DNA of 64,000 bases from Diadema antillarum (lineage: Eukaryota). The stretch is taken from NCBI RefSeq assembly GCF_040938485.1, contig NW_027272360.1, forward strand, positions 558,001 through 622,000, in the 5' to 3' direction. Of this stretch, positions 11,801 through 44,195 are shown piece after piece. A program made the translations under genes and the position numbers. The notes below the pieces were generated by a model. The model was not told the origin of the DNA, searched no databases, and saw only the letters and a program-made list of their open reading frames with translations. The number at the start of each line of letters is the position of its first letter. Position 1 is the first letter of the stretch.

Positions 11801-14499
11801 CCAAGACGATAGAACGCAACATCCTCCTGGCGGAATCGCTCAAGGCCAACCTCCAGCCCCGCGACGAGACAGAGCAGGAGAACTCGGGCCAGAAGCGCAC
11901 CAAGCCCCAAGACCTCATCCGACTCTACGACATCATCCTACAGGTGAGATGTGCTGTTTCAGGAGCAAATCTATTCTTTCTTTTTTTTCCACAGAAAGTT
12001 ATCACACTGACATAATATACTGAAAAATGACTTGTAGTAAAAATGATATATCATGCTAAGTACTCCATAACATGCACTTTCAAATCGTCTCATTTGATTT
12101 TCTTTTTTCTTTCCTTTTTCAGAATCTCTTAGAAATTCCACAGCTACCAGGGTTAGAGAGTGACTTAGACTTACAGCAAGAAGTGTCTGCCAAGACTCTA
12201 AAGTACAAGGCCAATAGGTAACTGTTTTTCCTGCTAGATTTTTTTTTTCGTTTTTTTTTTTTTTTGTAGAGATAAGAGTAGAAATACATTTGAGACATTT
12301 CTTGATGTTGTTGTTTTTTTAAGTTTTCAAATCTATTGTTTTTGGTTTCAGGTTACTTGTAATGGCTTCCTATGCCCTCCCAAATCTGATGAGGAATTTA
12401 ATGCGAGCCACATCCAAGTAATGCAACCCAAACTACTTTTTTGTTGGTCCCCATCTGCAAACCATTAAATGGTTACCGCTTATTACTCACGAAGGGTCTT
12501 GTCTACACTATATGCATTGAATTCCAGTGATAATTCGTCAAAATTTCGTGCCATGAAAAAAATGCTGTTTCCTTTAGGAAACCCACTCCTTCATATAAAA
12601 TGATGCCTATGATATCATGCCAATTGTTTGCTCATGTGTCATTCTCATCTCTAAATAGTTTTGATTCATTTATTCACTCTCTACTAACAGGTGTTTCTTC
12701 CTAGCACAGTCTTACAGTCAGGTCAAGAAGTGGACGGAGGCGGCTGCATTGTTTGAGAGGGCCATCTCACATGCCAAGTCTTCCATTAAGGAGTGGAAGG
12801 CCATCAAAACGAGACCTGTCAAGGTGGGAAAGGGGTTCCTCTCTCTCTTCCCCTCCCCCTCAAATATTTTTTTTTTGTGCGTGTGCCTTCGTCCTAGTTA
12901 TGTTGGAACTTGTAGCATTCAATATTTTTGTGTTTATTAGGGAACAAAGTAGTGTTCCTTAGACAAGTTTTGGAGTGGGATCGTGATGAGGGTGGCATTT
13001 AAGAGAGTGGACCCGTAGCAGCCCTTCACTGTTCAGGAGGCATCATGTTTTAGGGTCGTCTATTTGTTTTTCCATCATCCGTCTGTCTGTCCATGTAACT
13101 GTCAATTCCGTCATTCCCAGCTAGATTTCGGTGTAAATATAATGGCTTATGATTGTCTGTGTTACATGGATGTTTGAAGTTATTCATTTTCTTTTTACAA
13201 AACAAAGCAGAACAAAACAAATGTTTTATCATGGCTACTACTAAAACACTGATCAATTCAGTGCCTAAATATGTCAATGTAGGACAATTTGTCAATCAGA
13301 TGCATTAAAAAAAAACCGTGACGGAAGAGTTTCATGAATTTGAAAACAAAACAAACCTTGGCGCCCTTTGTGGAGCATCATGTAGCTACATATGGAAGTT
13401 GTGTGTAACATGTACAAAGTATATGGTGTCTGTCATGTAATTTTAAGTGTCACTTGTGTGTTTACTCCCATCATGTTTTAGAATGAGATGACAGAGTTAG
13501 ATGAACTAATACAACAGGTGAACGGTGTCAAGTACTCTGCCCAAGCTGCATCCATTTTAGGTAAGAAAATATACTGGTTTATATTATAAAGTGTCCATCT
13601 TCATTATATACAGTCAACTTTGCCGGAGTCAAATCCAAAGGGACTTGAAGAAAATCCTCCAACTTGCCTGAATTTTGACTCTTACAATAGAGTCAACATG
13701 TGTTTATATCCATCTGGGGTAGAATTTTGTCTTTGTCTAGCCAAATTTGTGACTTATTAAAGGTTGACTGCAGATGTTTTGCCTGTGATCACAATGATCA
13801 ACTTTTTCCGTTTCATATGACATTTTTTTTTAGTAAAGTAGTCCATCGCCCTGCGACCCATTAGTTACAATCTGTTCAAATTGCCACTCTCAACTTTATT
13901 TTTACTCTTTTTCTTATGCTAAATGCTAGTGTTTTGGTTTGCTATACAAATGAATTATGTATTCGACAAATGTCATGCGCAACAAAAACTTTGAGCAGGC
14001 AACACGACTTGGTGCTCCATGAATTTTCTATACTTCTTATGTGTTACTTTGTATATCCACTTTTATATATTTTTTTCTGAGATAAGCTGTCATAAAGGGA
14101 ATACAATGATTATTGTCAATGTTGAAGCAAATTTAGAGAAAGTACAGTGTACATTGTTTTCTAACCATGGAATACCTCATCTTTACTTTGTCAACAGATT
14201 CGGAGGAAGTAACCGACAGCCTAGCCAAACTAAGTGTGACGCCGACTGCCAACTCCGCCCCAGTCAGCCAGCGCCTCGGCCAGTACCTATCCGCCGCGGA
14301 GGTCAACCCAGCCAAGCCGAATCTGGTGCCGTTCCCGCCGGACTTCAAGCCAGTGCCCTGCAAGCCCCTCTTCTTCGACATCGCCCTCAACCACGTGGAG
14401 TTCCCATCCCTGGAGGAGAAGCTGGAGACCAAGAAGGCTGCTCCAGGAGCCGGCATAGGTGGCTTCCTGAGGGGCTGGTGGGGCGGGGGCAAGAAATGA
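3014..14499 (+). CDS. SRP68: Signal recognition particle subunit SRP68, complete, 12 exons, 601 aa
   Basis: Exons 3014-3095, 5680-5746, 6486-6599, 7255-7450, 9261-9343, 9996-10179, 10532-10774, 11716-11943, 12123-12217, 12691-12823, 13482-13560, 14198-14499 (1806 nt, one open frame, GT-AG). Diagnostic peptides: IIKESQQQHGMRHGDYQRYR, AERAWSYAMQLK, RVEEISPSIRYCAYNIG, KPQDLIRLYDII, FPPDFKPVPCKPLFFDIALNHVEFP, GFLRGWWGG. Confidence 0.96.
3096..5679 (+). other. U12-type (minor spliceosome) GT-AG intron, SRP68 intron 1
   Basis: 5' site GTATCCTTTAAC (3096-3107) matches the U12 consensus RTATCCTTT. Branch point TCCTTGAC (5651-5658) matches TCCTTRAC shortly upstream of TAG (5677-5679). No long polypyrimidine tract. 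Confidence 0.93.
3511..3640. mobile_element. 130-bp near-perfect palindromic MITE (TA termini, Tc1/mariner-like) inside the U12 intron
   Basis: TACCGTAGTTATGGGTAAACTCGGCC...GGCCGAGTTTACCCATAACTACGGTA; arms of about 61 bp with one mismatch and a short AT loop. Confidence 0.8.
5778..5837. repeat. (ATG)n/(ATA)n compound microsatellite
   Basis: Direct reading of the sequence. Confidence 0.9.
6595..6686 (+). repeat. 30-bp tandem repeat x3 spanning the SRP68 exon 3 donor
   Basis: Unit TCAGTTTGTTACTGTCAAGATACTGTCAGG starts at 6601, 6631 and 6661. Confidence 0.95.
6821..6993. mobile_element. Penelope-like (PLE) inverted-repeat remnant
   Basis: Arms of about 80 bp (TACAAGATCAAT...GCGACGTTTCGCCAATTATCAATTGGCTTC / GAAGTCAATTGATAATTGGCGAAATGTCGC...ATTGATCTTGTA), followed by CTGGATGAATGAGAA. 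The ACGTTTCG...CTGAAGAAG...CGAAA pattern is typical of PLE pseudo-LTR palindromes. Confidence 0.65.
6904..6948 (+). ncRNA. Minimal type I hammerhead ribozyme-like motif
   Basis: CUGAAGA (6909-6915), extra A, stem II GUCAAUU/AAUUGGC, GAAA (6934-6937), GUC cleavage triplet (6939-6941). Stem III is minimal and stem I is weak. Confidence 0.5.
7521..8963 (+). mobile_element. Helentron-associated non-autonomous element (HINE/DINE-1-like) with internal tandem array, SRP68 intron 4
   Basis: Subterminal inverted repeats GCTCACCTGAG (7527-7537) and CTCAGGTGAGC (8930-8940), CGTC-type microsatellite at about 7571-7661, internal units of 320-340 bp starting 7671, 7995, 8334, 8655 plus a partial unit at 8834, and a 3' hairpin AGACCCGCGGGTCT (8944-8957). 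Confidence 0.75.
10818..11199. mobile_element. Kolobok-like MITE with TTAA target duplication
   Basis: TTAA|AGGGATCGTACAGTTTTG ... CAATACTGTACTATCCCT|TTAA. A related decayed copy lies at about 35590-35925. Confidence 0.75.
13611..13770. mobile_element. Decayed Tc1/pogo-like MITE
   Basis: TA|CAGTCAAC ... GTTGACTG termini. Confidence 0.5.
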
Positions 14500-17400
14500 G
14501 GGGGAGGGGGGCAAAATTTACCCTCTCCTGGAGATGTAAGAGACATATATGTATAACTATAAAACTATAAACACACAAGAAAATGTGCCAGAGAGACCAA
14601 ATTATTTGGAAAGACAGAAAAGTCCTGGCAGTCAATGCAGACATGGAGAAATGGTGATAATATGGTGATAATGAGTATTTTTTTTTTTCTCTTCCTGTTT
14701 GGATGCAAGAAATCATGGAAGCTCGCTTGAGTTCAATTCCAACGTCTGAGTTCAGTGTTCAGAAAATGCCACAAGTCTTGTAACATTTTGGTCATTTTAT
14801 CTTCATCACAAACTCGAGTAGATTTCAGACAAGAAGAGTTGCTGTAGAACAAGTAAGTCTCAGATGTAAACATTTGTGGAACATTTTTATCTAACAGCCT
14901 TCAGCAAGATGCTGTAGCCTGTGCAGTCTAAGTACTGCTTATGACTAATTTGTTTTTAACTAATATCTCATCCGTGAAGTCAGCATTGTCGATGTCGATT
15001 AGAACTGTAGCTGATAAATTCCCCACATTTACTGTTAATTTGCTTTGGGAACTGGACAATCACAACCCTGTGAGAAACATCATGTAGAGGTTAACTTTGA
15101 GAAAGAGAGGAGAATACCAAATTGTACTAAGAGTATTAAAGCAAGTAATGTCAAAGACCACACATCTCTGTGAAATATCGAAGCTGTAAACTCAGGTATG
15201 AGGAGAAGAGACTTTGCATTACACTGTGGCGAGAACCTTATTGAAAAGTATTGTCCTTGTGATTTGTCTTTGTAGGTTATTTTGGCATTTTTTTTAAAGT
15301 TTGAGTCCAATATACATGTATTTAGGTATCCATCCTAACATGCTGTGCTAAAAGAAATGAGAGACATATTTGTTTCACTTGAAAACAACTGAGCAGTGTT
15401 CACTCGCCTTAGTCAGCCAGCTTTCTCCTTGGAGTTTTTGATACATAGTGGCCTCAGTGATGAGTGAGGATTTGTTTCTTTAAACAATCTGGGAACGAAC
15501 AGAAGAAATTGAACAACAATTGATATTGTGTGCCTCATGTGAGCTGGAAAATTTGTGTCTTTTCTTTTAGAAAGAGTGTGACTGGCAAGAGATTGTCCCT
15601 TGTGAAGGAATAGGACCGCCATTCAGAATGCAACATTTTGTATGTGAGAGGTGCATCTTTGATTTGCTGCTTCAAGAAGTTTGATTCCAAGTTTATGAAC
15701 TTCAATGTGTACATGCCTTGACTGTCCTGCAATTGAAATCTCCATATGCACTAGTTGCATACTGTCATGTACTGTGGAATAGGGGTAAAAATGCTGTTGT
15801 CATCAAGCGTCATATCATAATTCTTAGTACATCTACGTACATCTGGCTTTATGGAGAAGCTGCTATCGGGGTTACATCTTCAAGGTGGCTGTCCCCATCG
15901 CATTTCTTGGAAATGGTAGTTTCACTCATTGCAACCACTATTGGAGGATATGGGTGTCGCTTGCAGTTACCAGAGTATTCAAGTGTATGCAAACCATATC
16001 AAGAAAGGTTGTCGAGTTTGGTCGAGACGACCAGGAAAGCCCAAGGCTTGCTCAACATAGCGACAACTAATGCATGCAAACGGGATCCTAGGTACTGAAG
16101 GACATTGAGTATATATGTACAAGGTGGATGGATAATTTCATAACGGGTACTCAAAACAAAACCAAAAATCTACATATTGTAGACTGGTGAACCAGTATGA
16201 ATTGGCAGAAAGACAATGTTTGTAGGCATCAAAGTGTTGGAGCCATGCTTACAAGCAAGTGATAACGAGGATGGGATAAAGGCAGTTAGCTTCTTGTAGG
16301 GAAAAGCAACAGAAAAAAATGTTTAGTCTCCTGCGTGTGAGTAACATTTTCAATTCAAGCGTTGTCCTTGGTGCTATTTCTGTAATGAATGCAGGAGGTG
16401 TGACAAACTCACATTTTTTCCCTGCAATCTTTGCTTTTAGAGAGGGACTGTGGTCAATTTGTGGAGGAAATTGAGCTCATTCGCCAGCAATACACAACAC
16501 AATCAAATTTCTGTTGAAATCAAACCAAGGCATGATGGTCTTGCAAAAACAAAGGAACATCCTTTGAATTTTTTTTTTTTTAATTTAAAGGAATGACTAG
16601 TTATTTATTTGATCAAGTCGAGTTGCAACATTGTTAGTGAGCGATGGCTTGCAGGTTTAAGTTTTGGTGATGAATGTGATGCCAATTTGGAGTGGAGAAC
16701 ATGTCTTGAAACATTCCACTTAGATGATTTATGTCTCATGTATGTAGCTGTTTATGTGTAGCCTGAATCTTTGTTCCTTCTGTTTTATGACTTTGAACAC
16801 AAACTAGTGCAGATAGTGATTTTTGTTGATCAAGTTGTGTGTTGACTCAATTTATCACCACAGAGTCTAGAAATATTTACATTAATGAGATTGAGATTCA
16901 TGTATCAAGTTCGGTTATAATCTTCGAGTTACAGTGCCAAATTTAAACTTCTTGGCTTTCTTTGATAGGTCTTGAAAATATATGAACTGCTGACAAAGTG
17001 CAGTGTATGTGGGACTCGACTGAATCAATGTCATCTGTGTGTGTGACTGCAAATCTCATCTTACACTTGAAAGCTGGAATTTTCAAACATACTGAAAACG
17101 TAGTCTATTAATTATGCAAATTTGCCTTTGCTCGGTATGCCTTTGTTGTAGTCTGTGGATATGATTGCAAACATCGATTTGATTTTTCAAGTACCTTTAT
17201 GAACTTGGACCTTTGTTGCTGGCACCGGGCATTTCAAATCACTTTGATTATCGGAAAACGGCTGACCCCATGCATTCCCATCATTGGCACTATTTTGAAA
17301 CTCTTTGGCAATAAAGTGGTCTACTGTATTTCTTGTTTGTGTTTGCAAGTATTGTGAGTTACATTGATGGACATTACAAATGTATATGCATGTTATCTTT

Positions 17401-20341
17401 CAGTTTTTCAGTTCTATCATTTGTCACTTTTTACTCTGTTTTTGACTGTGGGTGTTGTTCACCAGGTTAGAATTCACTGAATCTCAGACACATTTTGTTT
17501 GAGAAAACAACGATAACGGCAGAACACAATCATCATTCTCACTTCTATTTGCTTGGGGCAGATTATTTTACATGAAAATTGGTTGGACTGCATGTTCCAG
17601 GGGTCTCACATAAAAGTTTTAAAAGATCAAAAAAACTTTTATATATACATATATATATGACTGGCTCCTGTTGTTACCAACCAAAGGCAGATCAAAACAA
17701 CAACCAAAAAGAAAAGCACAAACGTTCTTAACAACTTGGAGGTTTCTTTTTATGATCTTGCTTTGGAGAATACGTGTAGTGGCTTCAGCAGCTGTCAAGG
17801 TTTGGCATTCTTCTGTTTCCACCAATTTGGAGAAAAGTCCTTGCCTTTGTGCCATTTGGCAGTATTGTCACTGTGACAACTAGGTGGATGCTAATCTCCC
17901 TTCACTGACTGATGCACTTCTCAAGTTCATGGCACAATTTACTTTCATTGCATTCTGAGTCAGTATTTTAGCCAGTTTATTACCCATTTTCTTTCTTATT
18001 CTTTTGGCATGTGATCGGTGATCGGTGAATTTGTATCTGTGTTCTGGTGATAAAACTGAATAGTCCCGTATAATATCATGTTTTATTTCGAAGTTGTCTT
18101 CTCATTGCCCTAATACAGCCGTGAAGGAAATATGTGTAATATGCATATATTGACAACCCACACAATGTGGCACTTTTTACTCAATATCGGAGGAATGACC
18201 CAGTTTTTATTACATTGTATTACTGCATGCTCTTCAAGAGACCTTTTAGACTGCAGATGCAGATAGATTCTACACATATATTAGACTTCATAAAAGTTTA
18301 GATATTGTGAGTGTAAACAACATAGCAAATGCTATGGAGTGCTCTCTTCCATGAACACTTGTTGAATATATTGTGATGTGTCCAAAGTTTCCTCATATTA
18401 TGCTTATTAAATGCATTTCAATTATTAACCATACTACAGTTCATTGCTTTTCTGTGTGTGATTAATATTTTGCGGTCTTCTTTTTTGGGTAACGCTCTTT
18501 TTATAGTTGAGGCTATTTTGTGTATGCGTAAAATTTCAAATGTGACCATTTGTTGTTAAGGGTTGAATGTTTTCCATAGGCTTGAAAAGTGTGTTTTGGC
18601 TGTGGAGTTTTATTCTAGTTTTGAAGATTTTTGATAACGTAATCTCCATATACATGTACCTCTAATATCAGAATCCAGGAACCGTACTCTTAACTTATAT
18701 TGTAAGAGGTGCTGCTAACTTTTGCAACTGAACTCACTGTAAGATTGCATAAAGCACTCCAAAAACCTCACAACAATCAGACACAGCATCAACAGAATGA
18801 ACGATCTCACACTCTGAGCAATAGAAACCAAACAGGATACAAAAAGGTAGAAACCACACACAACACCTGTCTGCACAAATATGCACGGTATTTACAGGCA
18901 CATATGAAGCAAGCTCTTTAATTTTATCAAAAAAGTATAAAAAAAACAAACTTTCATTTTGCAACAAGATAGCACTTCAAGAATGACATCAACCATATTT
19001 AACATACTCAAATTCATCAATGTCATCATCGTGATGGCACAGGTAATCGTGATGGCACAGATAATCATGATGTCTGCTGAAAATATATCGAACTGATTTT
19101 AAATTAACTTGTAAAATTTGTCAATTTTCTAAAATTCCTGTGGGTCATCTCAACTAGCTCTCTTTAATATTACAGTCTGCCATGCTAACATCAAATGCTA
19201 TCTGCATTTATGGAGCTGCAAGCCTAAGAACAAATAAAAAAACAGAATGGAAAACAATTCTGGAAGCACAAAAGCATAGTTTGATGACGCAAGGCTGCCC
19301 AACTCTCATGACCAAAATACATCCTAAACTATTTACACAGTAAAGACAGCAGAACCTTGAAAACTTTCAAATGCAAAAAACAAAGAGAAAAAATGGACAA
19401 TGGTTAAAGAATAAACACATACATATCAAAAGCACATTGTCATAGAACTAATGACATAAAAAAATACACCAAATACAATAAAAATAAATCAAAGTAGCAC
19501 AGGGTAGCTCTAAAGATGGCACTTGGCAAAACAAAAACAAAACATGAACTTGTCAGACTTCTGCTCATTCCCTTTTCATGCACAGAAGTAAAGAGGCAGT
19601 GTTCAAGAGAATGTTATCCTACATTTAGGGTGACTACAGCAATTGTCACGTGTCAACAATAAAAAAAAAATAATAATAACAGTCCAAAAATAACTCTTGA
19701 GGCACCCTGTCTCCACAGAGCACTTGAAAATGGCCTAAAGGTTGCCATAGCTAAGTTGGCCGGCTGATATATATTTCAGCTACGAGATAAGGGGGAGAGG
19801 CATTACAGAACTACACTGATTAGCACCTCTTGCTCCACCTCATACTGTGAACTATCTCCACAAAAAGAACACTGTGACTGTTACATTAACACTTAAGCAT
19901 CACACCTCCTTGGGAGAAAGAGTACAAAAACAACATCAAACAAACCTGCACAACCACACACAGATACGGTAAAATTCAAAGCATGAATCCATTATTAACA
20001 CGAGTAGATCAAAACCAGCAGACCTACACTAGTACAGTACAGAGTTTGAGAATGAATTCAACACATCCAATGCCAATACTGAAGGGCAGCTTTCGGCTGA
20101 AATCAGACCAAATATCTTGAGGTTTGGATAAAAAAAAAACATACCCCATTAATAAGATTCAAGATTACGAACTAAAATTTCTCGTAATGATCTCATAAAT
20201 CTGTGCCGACACACAATAAACATGGAAGTAGCCTGGGCCGGTTTTTAGGAAGGGCCATTCCAAGCAACAGACACACTCTTGCTTTCCTTTGTTTCACTTG
20301 TTGATGTTCCTTCATCCTAATAATCATTATCTGTGATTCAT

Positions 20342-20885
20342 TTAAAGGGGGATGAAGCTCAAATATTAGGCTGAGTGAATGCAGCAATATTAGTAGAACA
20401 TATCAGTGAAAATTTGAAGGAAAATGAGACAATCAGTTTAAAAGTTTTCAATTTCTTATAGTTTTGGCACCACCATTCCTGGATGAGAAGTCTGATACAA
20501 TTCATTGACATCAAGTATGGGAAACGATACACAGCAAATAAAAAATTCCAACATATTTTCACTTTCTACCATAAAAGAAGAGTAATTGACTTACCTCCTG
20601 AGGGAGAATAATTCTACTCATTATAGGACAGTAATAAGTCGAGGGAATGTGAACTTTTCATTTAAAAATATGAAATTAGTGGAATTTTCTTTATATTTTC
20701 TTCAAGTTTTGGTATATGATGTCACTCAGGATTACTGTAGAAGTCTTCTCATCAAGCAATGGCAACATAAAAACTATAAAAATTCACAACTTTTGGAATG
20801 GGTTATCCAATTTTCCTCAAACTTTTACTGATGTGTTCTACTGATAATGCTGCTTTCACTCAATTCACATGTATATTTCCCTAGA
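20342..20885. mobile_element. Decayed Kolobok-like non-autonomous element
   Basis: Starts TTAAAGGGGGATGAAG; the 3' part is similar to window positions 1-130. Confidence 0.45.
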
Positions 20886-21649
20886 GTCACATTGTGCTTG
20901 GTCGACAGGAGCAATGGATTTTAAATGATGCTAGGGGCTCACAATAATGCAAATCAAAATCAACTTCATGGCTAGCACAGCAATTTGACAAAAGGCAAGC
21001 AAAATGATATCTCATACGGAAGGCAAGTGCTGAAAGATGCGTACAAAGTATAGAACAGATGTGACTAAGTAAAGCCTCTCCGTTTCGCATGCAACATACA
21101 ACATAATCCCTGTTGACTAGCAATGCAACATATTGCAAACATAATTGGCTGATTGCTATGTGTTTTTAACTGCAAATGAAAATACAAAACAAATAAAATG
21201 AAGAGAAAACTACATAGTATTTATGCACATGTATATACATTTCGATTTACAGTCCATTGGACTATCACCCCTAAACATAATCTACACAATCACGCCTCAT
21301 TATGACATGATATACCAAAATGTCCACTGGAGCAGTTTCTCTATTACAAATGTAAAGGTCACTAGCCCTGAAATTATTATTTGGTAACTTGGACAAAAAA
21401 CATAAAGAGAAACTCAGCCTTTTTGCTTTCCCATGTGCACAGTTGCCATAGTTATCTCAAAACCAACTGCCAGAAGAAGAAGAAGAAGAAAAAAAAAAAC
21501 AACAACAACAACAGCAACCAAGCTTCAAGGTCAGGATTTATATAACCTTTAAAGAAAAAAACACACATACACAAAACAGGGAACAACCTCTTCTCCAGTT
21601 GCAGCCTCGGCTAAATACTGGTTTAAAATAGTGATAAGATTAGAGTAAA

Positions 21650-21740
21650 GATGAGGGTTAGGGTTAGAGTATAGGTTAGGGTTAGGATTAGGTTCAGGAT
21701 TAGGATGAGGGTTAGAGTCAGGGGAAGGGTCTGGGGTAAT
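21650..21740 (+). repeat. Degenerate interstitial (TTAGGG)-like repeat, probably part of an interspersed element
   Basis: GAGGGTTAGGGTTAGAGTATAGGTTAGGGTTAGGATTAGGTTCAGGATTAGG... Confidence 0.7.
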
Positions 21741-24700
21741 TGTACAGGGGGTGACTGCCCTAGGACTGCCTTTAGATCTTTCTGAATGCTTGGAAAGTAG
21801 ATTGGATCTGGCGATTAGGGGAGGAGAGTAATCAGTTTGCTGTTATTCCCTGATGTGCGCATACATGTCAGATCAGTTTGGAGAGGTTAACATGGTGTTG
21901 GATGCTGGACTCACAGTTAATGCTGGGACTCACAGGGCTTTGCACCCTTGTGAAATCTAATCCTGCATAAAGAGTATGATTCTCTACGATTACTACTAGG
22001 TCTACTTGCAATTGTAGGCGGGGAGTGTGTAAGTGAAGAACAAGAAATGTGTGAAGCCTTTTGATCCACCTAAACTCCCAGGGACGGATAAATAAACTAT
22101 GACAACATGATTCTTTGTTTTTCCTTCTAATATTCAGTGGCATTAACTCAGGGATTAGCCAAGCTATGTACCCAGTACATGACATATACAGTATTGTATC
22201 AATCAATAATGTCTTGTCCTCCGATTGGTCAAGGGCATTGAAAGTGACAAAACATATTTGCAACATAAAAATCCTAGTCCAACTATTTCCCTGTGGAAAT
22301 TAAAAAAAAAATAAAACAATAAAAAAAAGTCACACTGACATGCAATATTTCATTTGCTAAGAGCATGCACACCACTCTTGTCACAAGCGTGTATTTTAGT
22401 GCATGAGACATCACATCACAGTACGGTTTTCTACCAAATGACAGTGTCTACGCTTTGTGAGATAAAAGCATCGTGCAGTCAATGCATACACTTTCACATT
22501 GTAATTTTGTGCGTAAAAAGAAGAATTTACAACAAATATACCAGGTCATTGCTCGAGGTTCTGATTAAACTGGGTGACGGTTCTGAAAATTCAATAGCAC
22601 TATTGTCTTCGGGGCTGTGCCCCTCAGAAAATAATACTATTGAAGTAAACATCATGCAGATAGTTTCAACCAGAACCCCTCAAGCCTGATATATTTGTAT
22701 ACTATACCGAAAGTTTGATCATGACTTCAGTCAAACAACGATTCACAACCATCAAATTCTTACCAACATTTTCCTGCTTATGCTATCAGCAAATGCGTGT
22801 GAGGAAATGCTGGAGAATCAGTACAAAAATATTTAAAAAAAACAAAAAACAAAGACGAGTGGAAACATCACTGCAATATGATATGTCTACCACATCTGAT
22901 TTACTGTCAAGCATGTTTTATTCAATTTTTTTTTTTTTACTTTTCTTTCCATCCCATGAGACCTCCCTCTCTACAGAGTTTGATGGGTTCTGTAAGCTTC
23001 ACAGTATTATATACATACAAATAAATCATGGCCTATATAAGAGATTTAAAAAAAAATGAAATGAAAAACCCTGCATACAAGAAAGTAATTGCATGTATGG
23101 CAGAAGCCCATCAAAGGTAGCACAACAGACTGCTTTATGAGAGATACGCATATCAAATATACTTTGGAATGTAAAAAAGATAAATTACCACAGGAATATT
23201 TAAACAGAGGAGCGGTAGAGCTTTGTTTCATGATTCAGCCAACACATCATTATTGAATACTGTGTGCTCTACTCTGCTCTAGGTAGATGTGTGTGACTGC
23301 CTCGCTTTAGACAATTTCTTGGAAATTATCTACATTATGCTGACGACAAAAACCAGCTGCAGGGAAAGCATAATTACTGACTTTGTTTGGTAAAACAAAC
23401 ACAGTAAAATTGGAATGCCTAAGTGTAAAATTTCTGTGTGCTCACAGACGCATGGAATGCTTGGGGCATTCCTGAACCTTGCTGAGCTGCAATGTATTAA
23501 AGGGGCATTCCAGACGATTTTCATAATTTTACATCATGTAGTACATAATTCGACAGCTCCATGCATAGATTTGTGGAATTTATTGCGGTCCTTGAGCAGA
23601 GAAACCAATGCTCTGAAAAAATCTTAAACAAATAACACTGAACAGTGTTGATGACATAGGAGCCTACATTGTAGCATATTTCAAAAATGTAGCGGTGTAA
23701 TTTCATTACAATACTGCTTGCATATCAAGTTCACCTGTGTAGAATCTATGCATGCCTTCTTCTTTTGTTCTGCTTCCTTGAGCCCCACCTCATGCATTCT
23801 TATGGTGAGGCTGTCATGTCATCGTCCTTGTTAAGTGCAATTTGTTATAAATTTTGAAAATATTCTTATTCCTCATCCCAATCACTATAAATTCTGAAAC
23901 TCTGTACTCTGAATAACGAATTTATAGTTGTTCAAATATAAAAGTCTGAAAATCATCCCGAGGTCTCCTTTAAAGTATTGCTTTGTATCACATGTACTCC
24001 TTTCATGGTGCATCAGTTATCAGCCTCTTTGCCATTCTTCTATGATGATGACATGTACACTTGTACCACATAGACTACATGTGGGTGATTATGAACACAC
24101 ATACAGCACTGTACAGGGGAAGCAACTTGACCCTTTCTACACTGTAATCTGGCATACCGAATTCCCAAAATGTGCACAAGAATGTTTATGTTTGTGGCGT
24201 GAAGTCATGCTTGTGTTATACTGACCAGAAAAATGACCTTGATTGAAAGTTACTATCAATATCTGTTCTTTTTCTGTATGAAAACTGTGCATATTTTTGT
24301 TTAATTTACCTTTTCCAATGTAGTGGTGCAATTGTTTCGCTATAAACTCATATGAAGACAAATGTAACGATCAAGGCTGAGCTCACTACATTTGACTTTC
24401 GCTCACCTCATTCGGGTGCTCTTATAGTATACCATAAGGAAAAGTTTTTATGAGCCTAGCGTCCTGCTCTATCCATATCTCACATCCGAACGATATATGG
24501 CATTGTTCAATGGCACATGCTACTGATAGTGGAAAGGGGATACATGTACCACTTGATTGCTTTCACACATTACCAACCTGTTCATTCTTTGTTAATGTGC
24601 AAAGGATTGATGTTCGGGGGCACTGGTCTCTCTCAGAGAATTGTGAAAGGAATTGGTTAAGTAGGATAAAACTCAAATGATGTACGACAGTATAAAATTC

Positions 24701-24862
24701 AGAGTCACCATGATTCAAGTTTGGGCTAAGCTCGAAGAGAATAAAACACACCGAGGAGATGCCATGTTTATACAATAAAAAAGTATGTAAGGTACTCAGA
24801 AATATGTTTTGTGTAGTTGACATGTGTAAAACATGGCCATCCATCTTGAGAACCCTTGGACA

Positions 24863-43531
<18,669 letters not shown>

Positions 43532-43882
43532 TATCACAGAAAGTCTGTCTATATTCTTGCAAGCGGACCCGATGGGATGGTAGATCTAGTACACTTCACC
43601 GGCTAAACAGAACAGTCAGTGAAAATACGGCGGGGATCCGAGATCGGGATCGGAGCAGCTTGCTATTTGCGGCAGAGATAGCGCTAGCTTCCTATTTGCG
43701 GTTTAGCATACGAACAGTACGGTACAATTGTACATGTGTTGTTATACAAGCAACTTGCGTAAGAGTACCGTGCATTCACATAACAGTACAGTTGTAGTCG
43801 GTCGCGCGGTCACAACAGCACGTTGCACGTTTCGCAGCTGTGAATCAGTGAGATGTTTTTTCACGTTGTGGCCTGGGAGGAG

Positions 43883-44195
43883 GGTAAGCACTATCTGGGC
43901 ACCCGTCCCGCTTCATCATGAATATTCATCATCTACATGTATCCGTAATACCGTTAAAATACATATTTTTTTCATTTCCCGGCAGCGTTTTTACATTTCT
44001 CGGCAAAACTGAACATTTTTCCATCTCCCGGCGAGACGTTTTAACATTCCCCGTTGATGCAATTTTTCGAGATTTTAACATTTCCCGGCCATACGTTTTG
44101 CACGTATCCAGTGTTCTGCCATTTACTAGTACAGTATCTTACTGCCTGATGAATATTCATGATGAAGCGGGACGGGTGCCCAAATAGTGCTTACC
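43883..44195. mobile_element. 313-bp Mutator (MULE)-like MITE upstream of KMO
   Basis: 49-bp TIRs with 1 mismatch (GGTAAGCACTAT(C/T)TGGGCACCCGTCCCGCTTCATCATGAATATTCATCA) and a perfect 9-bp TSD TGGGAGGAG (43874-43882, 44196-44204). Confidence 0.85.

Noticed and set aside
14019-14716. Several overlapping ORFs of 75-183 aa
   Set aside because: Shadows of the GC-rich SRP68 last exon in other frames and on the other strand.
15718-16098. 126-aa ORF downstream of SRP68
   Set aside because: Non-ATG start, no recognisable domain or codon bias; probably UTR or intergenic.
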